In this document: in pieces, positions 1 through 8,143 of the stretch | Layout of the letters: each line of letters begins with the position of its first letter | How positions within the stretch are numbered: position 1 is the stretch's first letter | DNA from: an uncultured virus (IMG/VR IMGVR_UViG_3300003937_000027) | Lineage: Duplodnaviria; Heunggongvirae; Uroviricota; Caudoviricetes | Reading direction: 5' to 3' (one strand) | DNA length: 20,000 bases | Virus record (IMG/VR): IMGVR_UViG_3300003937_000027 | Notes under the pieces: model-generated | The model's database searches: none | What the model saw: only the letters and a program-made list of their open reading frames with translations | What the model was told of the DNA's origin: nothing | Translations under genes and position numbers: made by a program

Positions 1-197
1 AGATACATAGGTATATTTTTTGCAATTGATTCTTCATTGTCGGGACTTCTATAAGTTCTTAAAAAAGCGTCAAAGTTATTACTCATATTTTTAAGAGAAA
101 TTCCCTTTATAAAATTTGGGAAAGGTTGTTCGTTTGGAATATTGAAAACAACACCATTTTTCATAAAAGTGTTATTGTTTAATTTTAAAGTACTCAT
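1..197 (-). CDS. Hypothetical early protein, runs off the left edge (MSTLKLNNNTFMKNGVVFNIPNEQPFPNFIKG...)
   Basis: Not in the ORF track. ATG at 197-195 overlaps the TAA of the upstream ORF (TAATG), an AAGGAG SD lies upstream, and the frame is open to the window edge. Confidence 0.8.
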   Translation of the reverse strand, partial: MSTLKLNNNTFMKNGVVFNIPNEQPFPNFIKGISLKNMSNNFDAFLRTYRSPDNEESIAKNIPMY

Positions 198-433
198 TAT
201 GCAGTCTCCTTTACAAAGTGATAAAATGCAAAGTCATTAGTAGGTGACAATACAGTTTTGTTTTCTAAATTACTTCTTAAATATGATTCTTTAGAGAATA
301 CACACTCAATAGAATCGGTTTGTATTAATTTATTAATAACTACATCAATTTGAGAATTGATTATATTATTAGTATGTGGATTTTTTTGTATATTCATCAA
401 CGATTTGATGATTTGTGATTTTTCTATTTTCAT
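197..433 (-). CDS. Hypothetical early protein, 78 aa
   Basis: ORF track; TAATG-coupled on both sides; GAGGA SD upstream. Confidence 0.8.
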   Translation of the reverse strand: MKIEKSQIIKSLMNIQKNPHTNNIINSQIDVVINKLIQTDSIECVFSKESYLRSNLENKTVLSPTNDFAFYHFVKETA

Positions 434-690
434 TATGATATCCTCGCTGGGTCTTGGTTAACAATTTCGTCATATCCGTGAACACCACGAGCAGAGCGTA
501 AACCGTTGTTTAAAGTATCATATCCGTTTTGGATATGTGAAACTTGGTCGTGTAAATTCATTGAACCACCGTGTGATTCAGAATGCATACGATCCAAATT
601 TGATAATATGTTTAAATTTAATTCTATTTGGTCGTTCAATCTTTGCATATTTGCAAGTGCTTGAGCAATCATTTGGTCAGTAGTAATCAT
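433..690 (-). CDS. Hypothetical early protein, 85 aa, likely coiled-coil N-terminal half
   Basis: ORF track; TAATG-coupled on both sides; heptad-like L/I spacing. Confidence 0.8.
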   Translation of the reverse strand: MITTDQMIAQALANMQRLNDQIELNLNILSNLDRMHSESHGGSMNLHDQVSHIQNGYDTLNNGLRSARGVHGYDEIVNQDPARIS

Positions 691-989
691 TATATTCTTT
701 CATTATTAGAATACCAAATAGACTCATATGTTCCGTCTCCTGATACTCTTTCCGTTTCGTGTACTGGTCCTCTAATTGTAAAGTTCCAATGTTGAAACAT
801 TGTGTTGTTAGTGATTAATCTTTTATACATTTTACGTGCTTTTTCTAAAGTCGTATAAGGACCAGCATAATCAGTATGATCCATAAGTTTAAAGTCTAAA
901 TCAGCGTCTCCCATATGCAATTCAGAAATATAATAGTTCTTTTCTAAATGTGCAGGATATTCGGATTTAACTAGTAGGGTTTCCAACAT
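690..989 (-). CDS. Hypothetical early protein, 99 aa (MLETLLVKSEY...)
   Basis: Start moved from 1070 to 989, where the ATG overlaps the upstream stop (TAATG) and has a GGGAG SD. Confidence 0.75.
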   Translation of the reverse strand: MLETLLVKSEYPAHLEKNYYISELHMGDADLDFKLMDHTDYAGPYTTLEKARKMYKRLITNNTMFQHWNFTIRGPVHETERVSGDGTYESIWYSNNERI

Positions 990-1165
990 TACTTGTTTTC
1001 TCCCATAGTATAGATTGATAAAAATGCCGAAACTATCATAATTCCGAACATTACAAAAAACATTGCCCAATTGTCATTTCCTAGACAATGTCCTCCACAA
1101 TCCTCAATAAATCCAACTGCCATAATAGCAGCGAATATCGTAGTTAATGAAAATATAAAATTCAT
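989..1165 (-). CDS. Small two-TM membrane protein, 58 aa (MNFIFSLTTIF...), with a CGGHC loop
   Basis: Start moved from 1213 to 1165, which has an AAGGA SD and lies downstream of the promoters. Two hydrophobic segments flank EDCGGHCLGNDNW. Confidence 0.75.
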   Translation of the reverse strand: MNFIFSLTTIFAAIMAVGFIEDCGGHCLGNDNWAMFFVMFGIMIVSAFLSIYTMGENK

Positions 1166-1193
1166 AGTGTTTTTCCTTCTGTTTTCTCTCATT

Positions 1194-1233
1194 ATTATAA
1201 GTATATAATACACTATTTTTCAACGGAAAACAA
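1194..1233 (-). promoter_or_regulatory. Overlapping sigma70-type early promoters
   Basis: Minus strand: TTGTTT(1233-1228)-17 nt-TATTAT(1210-1205) and TTGAAA(1223-1218)-18 nt-TATAAT(1199-1194), directly upstream of the small-ORF cluster. Confidence 0.65.
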
Positions 1234-1304
1234 GCAAAAAATGGTGAAAAAGTCCGTTTTTTTCCCTTATTTTCTGCGATTTTTTGGTATTTTTGGCAAA
1301 AGAT

Positions 1305-1319
1305 GTTCTTATTTTGTTC
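1305..1319. promoter_or_regulatory. Putative alphaproteobacterial LexA (SOS) box GTTC-N7-GTTC
   Basis: GTTCttattttGTTC, within the longer direct repeat TGTTCT-N5-TGTTCT, in the divergent intergenic region. Confidence 0.55.
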
Positions 1320-1369
1320 TTTTCCTTGATTTCCCTTGTTTTTTCAACAAAAAGCCGTCATTTCTATCA

Positions 1370-1377
1370 TATAAATA
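1370..1377 (+). promoter_or_regulatory. T4-type late promoter (gp55-dependent TATAAATA)
   Basis: Exact TATAAATA upstream of the GAGG SD and ATG 1405. Confidence 0.85.
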
Positions 1378-1404
1378 GTAGAAACGAACCAAAATGAGGT
1401 AATT

Positions 1405-1617
1405 ATGCCAAAAATGAGAAAGTTTAAATTTACGGATGGAAAAGATTTTAACGAAATAATTGAATCTCTTTCCTTTAAAAAAGCAGTTAAATCTATACAA
1501 AGAAAAATTGATTTAAAGAAAAATCAAGGTTTATTTTGTGAATGGATTACTAAAAAAGGGAAAGAAATAAAAAGTTGGGTTAAAATGCCTATAGGAAGAA
1601 AGAAAAAATTAGACTAG
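1405..1617 (+). CDS. Small lysine-rich late hypothetical protein, 70 aa
   Basis: ORF track; late promoter and GAGGT SD upstream. Confidence 0.8.
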   Translation: MPKMRKFKFTDGKDFNEIIESLSFKKAVKSIQRKIDLKKNQGLFCEWITKKGKEIKSWVKMPIGRKKKLD

Positions 1618-1621
1618 ATAA

Positions 1622-1765
1622 ATGAGATTAGCTAAATCTTACGTAGCACACGTAGGAACATATAAAAGAACATCACAATCACAAAGAAAAAGATCCGTCA
1701 AAAAGTCAAGTATGAATAAGAGTAAAAAAAGATCATATAAACCATACAACGCACAAGGGAGGTAA
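1622..1765 (+). CDS. Small highly basic protein, 47 aa (MRLAKSYVAHVGTYKRTSQSQRKRSVKKSSMNKSKKRSYKPYNAQGR)
   Basis: Hand-translated, below the ORF-track cutoff. It fills the gap between neighbours exactly and has 15 K/R and no D/E. The C-terminus resembles the YxGQG-ending basic peptides of marine T4-like phages. Confidence 0.75.
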   Translation: MRLAKSYVAHVGTYKRTSQSQRKRSVKKSSMNKSKKRSYKPYNAQGR

Positions 1766-1769
1766 CATA

Positions 1770-2069
1770 ATGGCTGTAAGAGAGGGAGATAGTCTTACAA
1801 CAGGACACGCTTGTACTGCAATTACTAAATTAGCAATATCTTTAATAAGAACAGTAAAAGCAAATGGTATTCCTGGTGCTGTTGTAGGCACTCCTACTAT
1901 ATCACATACTGCCCCACCATTACCTGCTTGCCCAGCACACATTATGTTTTTAAATGCAGGATCACCAAATGTTAAGATAGGCGGTATAAATTGGGGACGT
2001 ATAGGTGATAGTGCTGACCTAGGTGCAATGATTTCAGGTTCTTTAAATGTATTAGCAAATGGTAAGTAA
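1770..2069 (+). CDS. PAAR-like baseplate spike tip protein (T4 gp5.4-like)
   Basis: AVREGD..TGH.C, V.ANG, GS.NV.IGG, GRIGDS and GS.NV repeats with metal-binding His/Cys; immediately upstream of gp25. Confidence 0.9.
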   Translation: MAVREGDSLTTGHACTAITKLAISLIRTVKANGIPGAVVGTPTISHTAPPLPACPAHIMFLNAGSPNVKIGGINWGRIGDSADLGAMISGSLNVLANGK

Positions 2070-2074
2070 TATCT

Positions 2075-2082
2075 TATAAATA
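2075..2082 (+). promoter_or_regulatory. T4-type late promoter
   Basis: Exact TATAAATA 5 nt before ATG 2088. Confidence 0.8.
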
Positions 2083-2087
2083 TAGGT

Positions 2088-2519
2088 ATGGCTTTCTCAA
2101 ACTATGACGCAACTACAACAAATAAAAGTAAAAGATCAAATCGTATCTATAGCGATTTGAATTTAAGTTTTACTAAAAATCCTGCTACAAAGGATGTTGC
2201 AAGATTATTTGATGTACAAGCAATTAAGAGAGCTGTTAAAAATATTATTTTAACAAACAAATATGAAAGACCTTTTAATTCAGATTTCGGTTGTAATTTA
2301 AGAGGATTTTTATTTGAAAATATAACTGAACCTTTATTGGTACTAATTAAAGATAGAATATCTATGGCAATTGAAAAATATGAGCCAAGAGTTTCAGTTG
2401 AAGATGTTGTTGTTCAGGATGATGAAGAAAATAATGGTTTAAACATTATGGTTTCTTTTATGGTTAATGGTGTTGAACAACCAATCACAGTATCAACGTT
2501 TTTACAAAGAGTAAGATAA
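2088..2519 (+). CDS. gp25: Baseplate wedge subunit gp25 (GPW/gp25 family)
   Basis: YSDLNLSF..NP...D, AIKRAVKNIILTN..ERPF...FG..LR..LFE and YEPRV motifs. Confidence 0.95.
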   Translation: MAFSNYDATTTNKSKRSNRIYSDLNLSFTKNPATKDVARLFDVQAIKRAVKNIILTNKYERPFNSDFGCNLRGFLFENITEPLLVLIKDRISMAIEKYEPRVSVEDVVVQDDEENNGLNIMVSFMVNGVEQPITVSTFLQRVR

Positions 2520-2520
2520 A

Positions 2521-4377
2521 ATGGCACAACACAGACTAGAGATATCGGAATTAGATTTTGAAAATATAAAAGGTTCACTAAAAAGATTTCTATCAAACCA
2601 AAACGAATTTAAAGATTACGATTTTGAAGGAAGTTCAATAGCAGTTCTATTAGACTTACTTTCTTACAACACTCATTATTTAGCTTACAATGCAAATTTC
2701 GTAGCAAACGAAATGTTTATGGACACAGCACAATTAAGAAGTAGTGTTGCGTCATTAGCTAAATTAGTTGGTTATACACCAAACTCATCCAGAGCACCAG
2801 TCGCTGATTTAAAATTAGTAATCAATGATGGTACAGGTTCTTCAATTACAATTCCTGCAGGTACAAAATGGACATCATCAATAGATGGTCTTACATACAC
2901 GTTTGTTTCCATATCAGACAAAGTTGTACAACCAATTGATGGCGTTTATACTTGCCAAAGTTTAAATGTTTATGAAGGTACCTATGTAACTTACAATTAT
3001 ACAGTTGAAGTAAACGATATAGACCAAAGATTTTTAATACCAAGTGATAGAGCAGATACAACTACAATAAAGGTTGTGATACAAAATAGTATTTCAGACG
3101 TTACACAAAGTACATATACACAAGCAAGTTCAATTACAGAATTAGATAGTACAAGTAAAGTTTATTTTTTACAAGAAGCTGAAGATGGCCAATATGAAAT
3201 ATATTTTGGTGATGGTGTTATAGGTAAAAAATTAAATGATGGTAACATTATTAATATAAGTTATATTGTAACAAACAAAACAGAAGCTAATGCTGCTTCA
3301 ACATTTAATTTATCAGGTTCTATTTCTGGTTTTACAGATGTAACTACAACTATTAATTCAAATGCTCAAGGTGGTGCTGATCCAGAAAGTTTACAAAGTA
3401 TTAAATTTAATGCTCCTAATTTCTATGCGTCACAGGATAGAGCAGTAACAGTAGAAGATTATAAATCAAAAGTAAAACAACTTTATGCTAACACACAATC
3501 AGTTAGTGCTTGGGGTGGTGAAGACGCTGAAACACCATTTTATGGTAGAGTTTATATTTCTATTTTACCAACAAGTGGTTCAAATTTAACAGACGCAACA
3601 AAAGAAAGAATTGTAAAAGATTTAAAAAAATATTCAGTTGCTTCAGTTACTCCAGTAATTATTGATTCTGAAACTACAAATATATTATTAACATCAACAG
3701 TTAAGTTTGATGAAACAAGTACACCAAAAACTGCTGACACTTTAAAATCAAATGTTGTTACAACATTAACAGATTATAATACAAATACTTTACAATCTTT
3801 TGATACAATTTTTAGATACTCAAAACTTTCCAGTTTAATAGACGATACAGACGAAAGTATTTTATCAAATATCACAACAGTTCAATTAAGAAAATCTTTT
3901 TTACCAACAATTGGAACTTCTACAAAATATACAATTAACTTTGCAAACTCATTATACAATCCACATTCAGGACATAATGCAACAGCAGGTGGTATAGTAA
4001 GTTCAACAGGATTTAAAATAGAAGGCGATACTACAAACATTTGGTATTTGGATGATGATGGTGAAGGTAATATAAGAAGATATAGACAAGACGGCTCTGT
4101 TAGAGCATATGGTACTAGTACACAAGGTTCAATTAATTATTCAACAGGACTAGTTGAGGTAAATTCTTTAAATGTTTCTAATATAGAAAATGTTAGAGGT
4201 GTGGCTTCAACAGTTATAGAGATTACAGTAAAACCACAATCAAATGATATAGTACCTATCCGAAATCAAATATTAGAAATGGATATAGCAAATAGTACAG
4301 TCACAGTTGAGGCTGATGCTCTAGTAGGAGGCTCAGCAAACGCTGGTATAGGATATACCACAACAAGTAGTTACTAA
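2521..4377 (+). CDS. gp6: Baseplate wedge subunit gp6
   Basis: LDFENIK..L..FL..Q.EFKDYDFEGS...LLDLLSYNTHY, E.F.DTAQLRSSV.S.AK..GY.P.S, FGDGVIGK and Q.RAVT..DY motifs. Confidence 0.95.
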   Translation: MAQHRLEISELDFENIKGSLKRFLSNQNEFKDYDFEGSSIAVLLDLLSYNTHYLAYNANFVANEMFMDTAQLRSSVASLAKLVGYTPNSSRAPVADLKLVINDGTGSSITIPAGTKWTSSIDGLTYTFVSISDKVVQPIDGVYTCQSLNVYEGTYVTYNYTVEVNDIDQRFLIPSDRADTTTIKVVIQNSISDVTQSTYTQASSITELDSTSKVYFLQEAEDGQYEIYFGDGVIGKKLNDGNIINISYIVTNKTEANAASTFNLSGSISGFTDVTTTINSNAQGGADPESLQSIKFNAPNFYASQDRAVTVEDYKSKVKQLYANTQSVSAWGGEDAETPFYGRVYISILPTSGSNLTDATKERIVKDLKKYSVASVTPVIIDSETTNILLTSTVKFDETSTPKTADTLKSNVVTTLTDYNTNTLQSFDTIFRYSKLSSLIDDTDESILSNITTVQLRKSFLPTIGTSTKYTINFANSLYNPHSGHNATAGGIVSSTGFKIEGDTTNIWYLDDDGEGNIRRYRQDGSVRAYGTSTQGSINYSTGLVEVNSLNVSNIENVRGVASTVIEITVKPQSNDIVPIRNQILEMDIANSTVTVEADALVGGSANAGIGYTTTSSY

Positions 4378-4381
4378 TGAG

Positions 4382-6976
4382 ATGGCCAACTTTAAAGAGA
4401 AATTATCAAACCTTTTAACTTCACAAGTACCTGATTTTGTACTTGAAGATCACCCATTATTTTTAGATTTTGTAAAAGCATATTATCAACTATTAGAATC
4501 AGCAGAAATTACATTAACTAATATTGGTGATCCTGACCATTTAATATTAGAAGGTTCTACAGGTAGTACAATATTATTAGATGGTTCAAATGTAAAATAT
4601 GATGACAATGGTGATAGAATACTTTTAGAAGATACAAGTTATGGTGATTTTATAAATGGTGAAACAATTACTGGTGCTACATCTGGTGCAACTGCTATAG
4701 TTTTAGTAGAAGATGTTGATAGTGGTGCTCGTTTATTCGTTACACATCAAAACAAATTTATAGAAGGTGAATTAATTACAGGAGCAGCTTCAAGCGCTCA
4801 GGCAACTATAGGAAAATATAGAGCCAATCCAGTACAAAACATACAACAACTTTTAGATTATGCTGATGTAGATAAAACTATTTCAGCTTTCTTAACTAAA
4901 TTTAGAAATTCTTTTTTAACTTCTATACCAGATACTTTACATTCTAGTATTGAAAAAGAACAATTAATTAAAAATGTTAAAACACTATATCAATCAAAAG
5001 GTACAAAACGTGCAAGTGAAATATTTTTTAAATTATTATTCAATGAAACAGCAGAAATAAGATATCCCAAAGATAGTATTTGGAGAGCTTCTGATGGTAA
5101 ATGGGATACAAGAAAAATATTACGTTGTTTAGAATTAGGAACTTCAGACGCTTCCAATCTTGTTGGTCAGACAATTACTCAAGCAAATGATCCGTCCGAT
5201 ACAGGTGTAAATGAAGCTACTGCTATTGTTGAAGATGTATATAAGTTTATTATTGGTGGCACTACAGTTACAGAATTAGTATTAGGAGATGAATCTGTTA
5301 CTGGTACATTTATAGCTGACCAAACTATAACAGGTATAGATAATACAGATTTAGACGTTTTAGTTTCATTGTCTGTTTCTTCTATCATTAATAATAAAAC
5401 AATTTCAACTGATGGTACATTATATAGTGAAGATGATAATATAACTTTGAGTGGTGGTGGTACAGGTGGAACTTTAAAAGTAGGAACAATAGGTCCAGGT
5501 TCAATAGACGAAGTAATTGTAAATAGTGGTGGTAGTGGTTATGCTGTAGGTGATGTTGTAAATTTTGGATCAGGTAATGCAGCTGCAAAAGTTTCAGTTG
5601 TAAGTGGTGGTGTTACACTTGAAAGTGGTACAGGTACTGGTCAACTAGTTTTAGAAGATGAAACAGGTAAAGAAGATCAATATTTTGGCGATAAGGTTGT
5701 ACAAGAAAGTGGTACAGGTAATGCTGATATAACAGATATTAGAATGATAGATATTGGTAATGGTTATACCTCTTTACCAGCTTTAACAGTTACCTCATCA
5801 GGAGGAACAGGTGCAAAACTTTTAGCATATGGTTCAGAAATTGGTCGTGCATTAACAATAAATGTAATTGAGTCTGGATATAATTATCAACAAAGTCCAG
5901 CACCAACAATTGTTTTACCAACGTATATTTTATATACAGCCCTTTCAGGAGGATTTACAGCTTTAGAAACAGTTACAGGTGGAACAAGTAGCAAAACTGC
6001 AACAGTAGTATCAATAGACACAGATTTAAATATTTTAAAACTTAAAAACGCAAGTGGCGCCTTTACACAAGGAGAAACAATAACTGGTAGTGGTGGTGGA
6101 ACAATTTCTGCAACAAGATTAGAACAAGCAACTGGTACAGTATCCATATCACCAGTTGTAACTACAGATGGTAGTTTCATTAATGAAGATGGTTTTTTAT
6201 CTGATAACGCAATGAAAGTACAGGATAGTTTAAAGTACCAAGATTATTCATATATTATAAAAGTAGGTAGATCAATTAATGAATGGAGAGATAGTTATAT
6301 TAAAACTTTACACTCTGCTGGTTTTTATTTTCAAGGTGAGATTACAATTGAAACACAATTGGATGCTCAGATTAAAAGAATAACAGGAATGAACTCTGGT
6401 ATAACAGAAATAATAAAATCTGTTATTACAAGAATGTACTCAAAACTTATTGGTCGTAGATTAGGAACTGAAACAGACGGTACTAGTTTAAGATCAAATG
6501 CTAATGCTGTTGTTTCTGCTGATTTTGATACAGATACAATTACACAATTTGATAGAACAACAAGAGATTTAACTTTAAAATCGCCAGCAATAGGAATAGA
6601 TTATGTAAGTAGAGTTAGAAGAAACATACAACCTGCGTCTGGTAATGCAATAAATGTAAGACAAGGTTTTGCATATGCTGGGCCAAGATTTGGTGTATTA
6701 AATAAATTTATTAATACTGCATTTGGTATTACTGCAAACAATACTTTTAGTAAAAGTGGTATAACGTTTGCTGTATTAAGTGGTATCAAAGTACAAGGCA
6801 CAAGAACATCATTAGATGGTTCAAATGCTATATTTTTGATGACTTCTTCAGAGGATGGAAGAAAACTTAAAACCAATTTTACAATACCTGCACAAGTAGG
6901 TGAAATAAATCAAAATTCTATGGATGAAACTATTACGTCTATGGATAGCACAAATGTTTCAATGGATGCAGGATAA
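4382..6976 (+). CDS. gp7: Baseplate wedge initiator gp7-like protein
   Basis: QVPDFV.EDHPLF..F..AYY N-terminus, LIKN...LY.SKGT, and QDS..YQDYSY.IK...W...HSAGF motif; lies between gp6 and gp8. Confidence 0.8.
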   Translation: MANFKEKLSNLLTSQVPDFVLEDHPLFLDFVKAYYQLLESAEITLTNIGDPDHLILEGSTGSTILLDGSNVKYDDNGDRILLEDTSYGDFINGETITGATSGATAIVLVEDVDSGARLFVTHQNKFIEGELITGAASSAQATIGKYRANPVQNIQQLLDYADVDKTISAFLTKFRNSFLTSIPDTLHSSIEKEQLIKNVKTLYQSKGTKRASEIFFKLLFNETAEIRYPKDSIWRASDGKWDTRKILRCLELGTSDASNLVGQTITQANDPSDTGVNEATAIVEDVYKFIIGGTTVTELVLGDESVTGTFIADQTITGIDNTDLDVLVSLSVSSIINNKTISTDGTLYSEDDNITLSGGGTGGTLKVGTIGPGSIDEVIVNSGGSGYAVGDVVNFGSGNAAAKVSVVSGGVTLESGTGTGQLVLEDETGKEDQYFGDKVVQESGTGNADITDIRMIDIGNGYTSLPALTVTSSGGTGAKLLAYGSEIGRALTINVIESGYNYQQSPAPTIVLPTYILYTALSGGFTALETVTGGTSSKTATVVSIDTDLNILKLKNASGAFTQGETITGSGGGTISATRLEQATGTVSISPVVTTDGSFINEDGFLSDNAMKVQDSLKYQDYSYIIKVGRSINEWRDSYIKTLHSAGFYFQGEITIETQLDAQIKRITGMNSGITEIIKSVITRMYSKLIGRRLGTETDGTSLRSNANAVVSADFDTDTITQFDRTTRDLTLKSPAIGIDYVSRVRRNIQPASGNAINVRQGFAYAGPRFGVLNKFINTAFGITANNTFSKSGITFAVLSGIKVQGTRTSLDGSNAIFLMTSSEDGRKLKTNFTIPAQVGEINQNSMDETITSMDSTNVSMDAG

Positions 6977-6978
6977 TA

Positions 6979-6986
6979 TATAAATA
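6979..6986 (+). promoter_or_regulatory. T4-type late promoter
   Basis: Exact TATAAATA upstream of ATG 7000. Confidence 0.85.
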
Positions 6987-6999
6987 GTAAGAGAGAGAT

Positions 7000-8106
7000 A
7001 TGACAAAACAAGTAATAGACATAGGATCAGTAGCAAACGACGGAACAGGTAGTACTTTACGTGCGGCTGGCGATTTAGTTAACGATAATTTTAATGAAAT
7101 CTACACAGCAATTGGTGATGGCACTACTTTAACGAGTGGTTATATTACTGCAACAAGTACAACTACATTAACAAATAAATCACTAGATTTAGGCACTAAT
7201 ACTTTCACAGGTTCATTAGCTGAATTTAATACAGCTTTGCAAAGTGATAGCTTCGTTAGTTTAACAGGATCTGAAACACTTACAAATAAGACTTTAACAA
7301 CACCAACAATTGCAGAAATAGATTCAGGTGCTGATATTATGCTTGACGCAACTGGCGATATTTTTTTAGACGCAGGTGGTAAAGATATTATTTTTAGATA
7401 TGACGGAGCTCAATTTGCTCTATTTACATCTTCAGGTGGTAACTTATTACTTCAATCAGGAACAACAACTGCAATAACTTTTACTGGTGCAAATGCTGCT
7501 TTTGCAGGTGATATATCTGCTGCTGGTGATCTTACGATTACAGGTGATTTAACAGTTAATGGAACAACAACTACTGTCAACTCTACAAATACTACTTTAG
7601 ATGATAACTTATTAGAATTAAATAGTGGTGCTGGTTCAAATGCAAATGATACTGGTATTATTATGGAAAGAGGTTCTACTGGAGATAATGCAATTGTAGC
7701 CTGGGACGAGTCAGCAGACAAGTTCATTATGGGAACTACAACTGCAACTGCTTCAGATACAGGAAATCTCTCAATTACTGCAGCTACATTAGTTGCAAAT
7801 TTAGAAGGTACAGTAACAGGTAATGTTACTGGAAACGTATCAGGTAGTTCAGGATCAACAACAGGAAATGCCGCAACAGCAACATTAGCTACAGACGCAA
7901 CAGGATTAGCAACAGGTCGTACACTTGCAATGACAGGAGATGTTGTATGGAATTCAGGAAGTTTTGACGGAACAGCAAATGTAACTGCAGCTGCAACAAT
8001 ACAAGCGGGAGTCATCAGCTCAACTGAATTGGCTAGTGCTGTACAATTGGATATCGTAGATTCAAGTGGATCAACGGTAAAGACAATATTTGGTGCAGGA
8101 AATTAA
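7000..8106 (+). CDS. Baseplate-attached trimeric fibre with a T4 gp9/gp10-type N-terminal domain
   Basis: N-terminus KQVIDIGSVANDGTGSTLR...VNDNFNEIY matches the gp9/gp10 N-terminal motif. It also has TLTNK(S/T)L repeats, GDLTV.GTTTTVNST and GNVTGNV fibre motifs. Confidence 0.8.
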   Translation: MTKQVIDIGSVANDGTGSTLRAAGDLVNDNFNEIYTAIGDGTTLTSGYITATSTTTLTNKSLDLGTNTFTGSLAEFNTALQSDSFVSLTGSETLTNKTLTTPTIAEIDSGADIMLDATGDIFLDAGGKDIIFRYDGAQFALFTSSGGNLLLQSGTTTAITFTGANAAFAGDISAAGDLTITGDLTVNGTTTTVNSTNTTLDDNLLELNSGAGSNANDTGIIMERGSTGDNAIVAWDESADKFIMGTTTATASDTGNLSITAATLVANLEGTVTGNVTGNVSGSSGSTTGNAATATLATDATGLATGRTLAMTGDVVWNSGSFDGTANVTAAATIQAGVISSTELASAVQLDIVDSSGSTVKTIFGAGN

Positions 8107-8117
8107 ACAAAAATGAT

Positions 8118-8125
8118 TATAAATA
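8118..8125 (+). promoter_or_regulatory. T4-type late promoter
   Basis: Exact TATAAATA followed by an AAGGA SD and ATG 8144. Confidence 0.85.
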
Positions 8126-8143
8126 TAATTAAGGAATAGAAAA

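Noticed and set aside
1309..1500. Minus-strand 63-aa ORF
   Set aside because: It overlaps the late promoter and the SD-supported plus-strand ORF, so it is likely spurious.
1656..1671. Second possible LexA box GAAC...GAAC
   Set aside because: The spacer is 8 nt rather than 7, and it lies inside a coding region.
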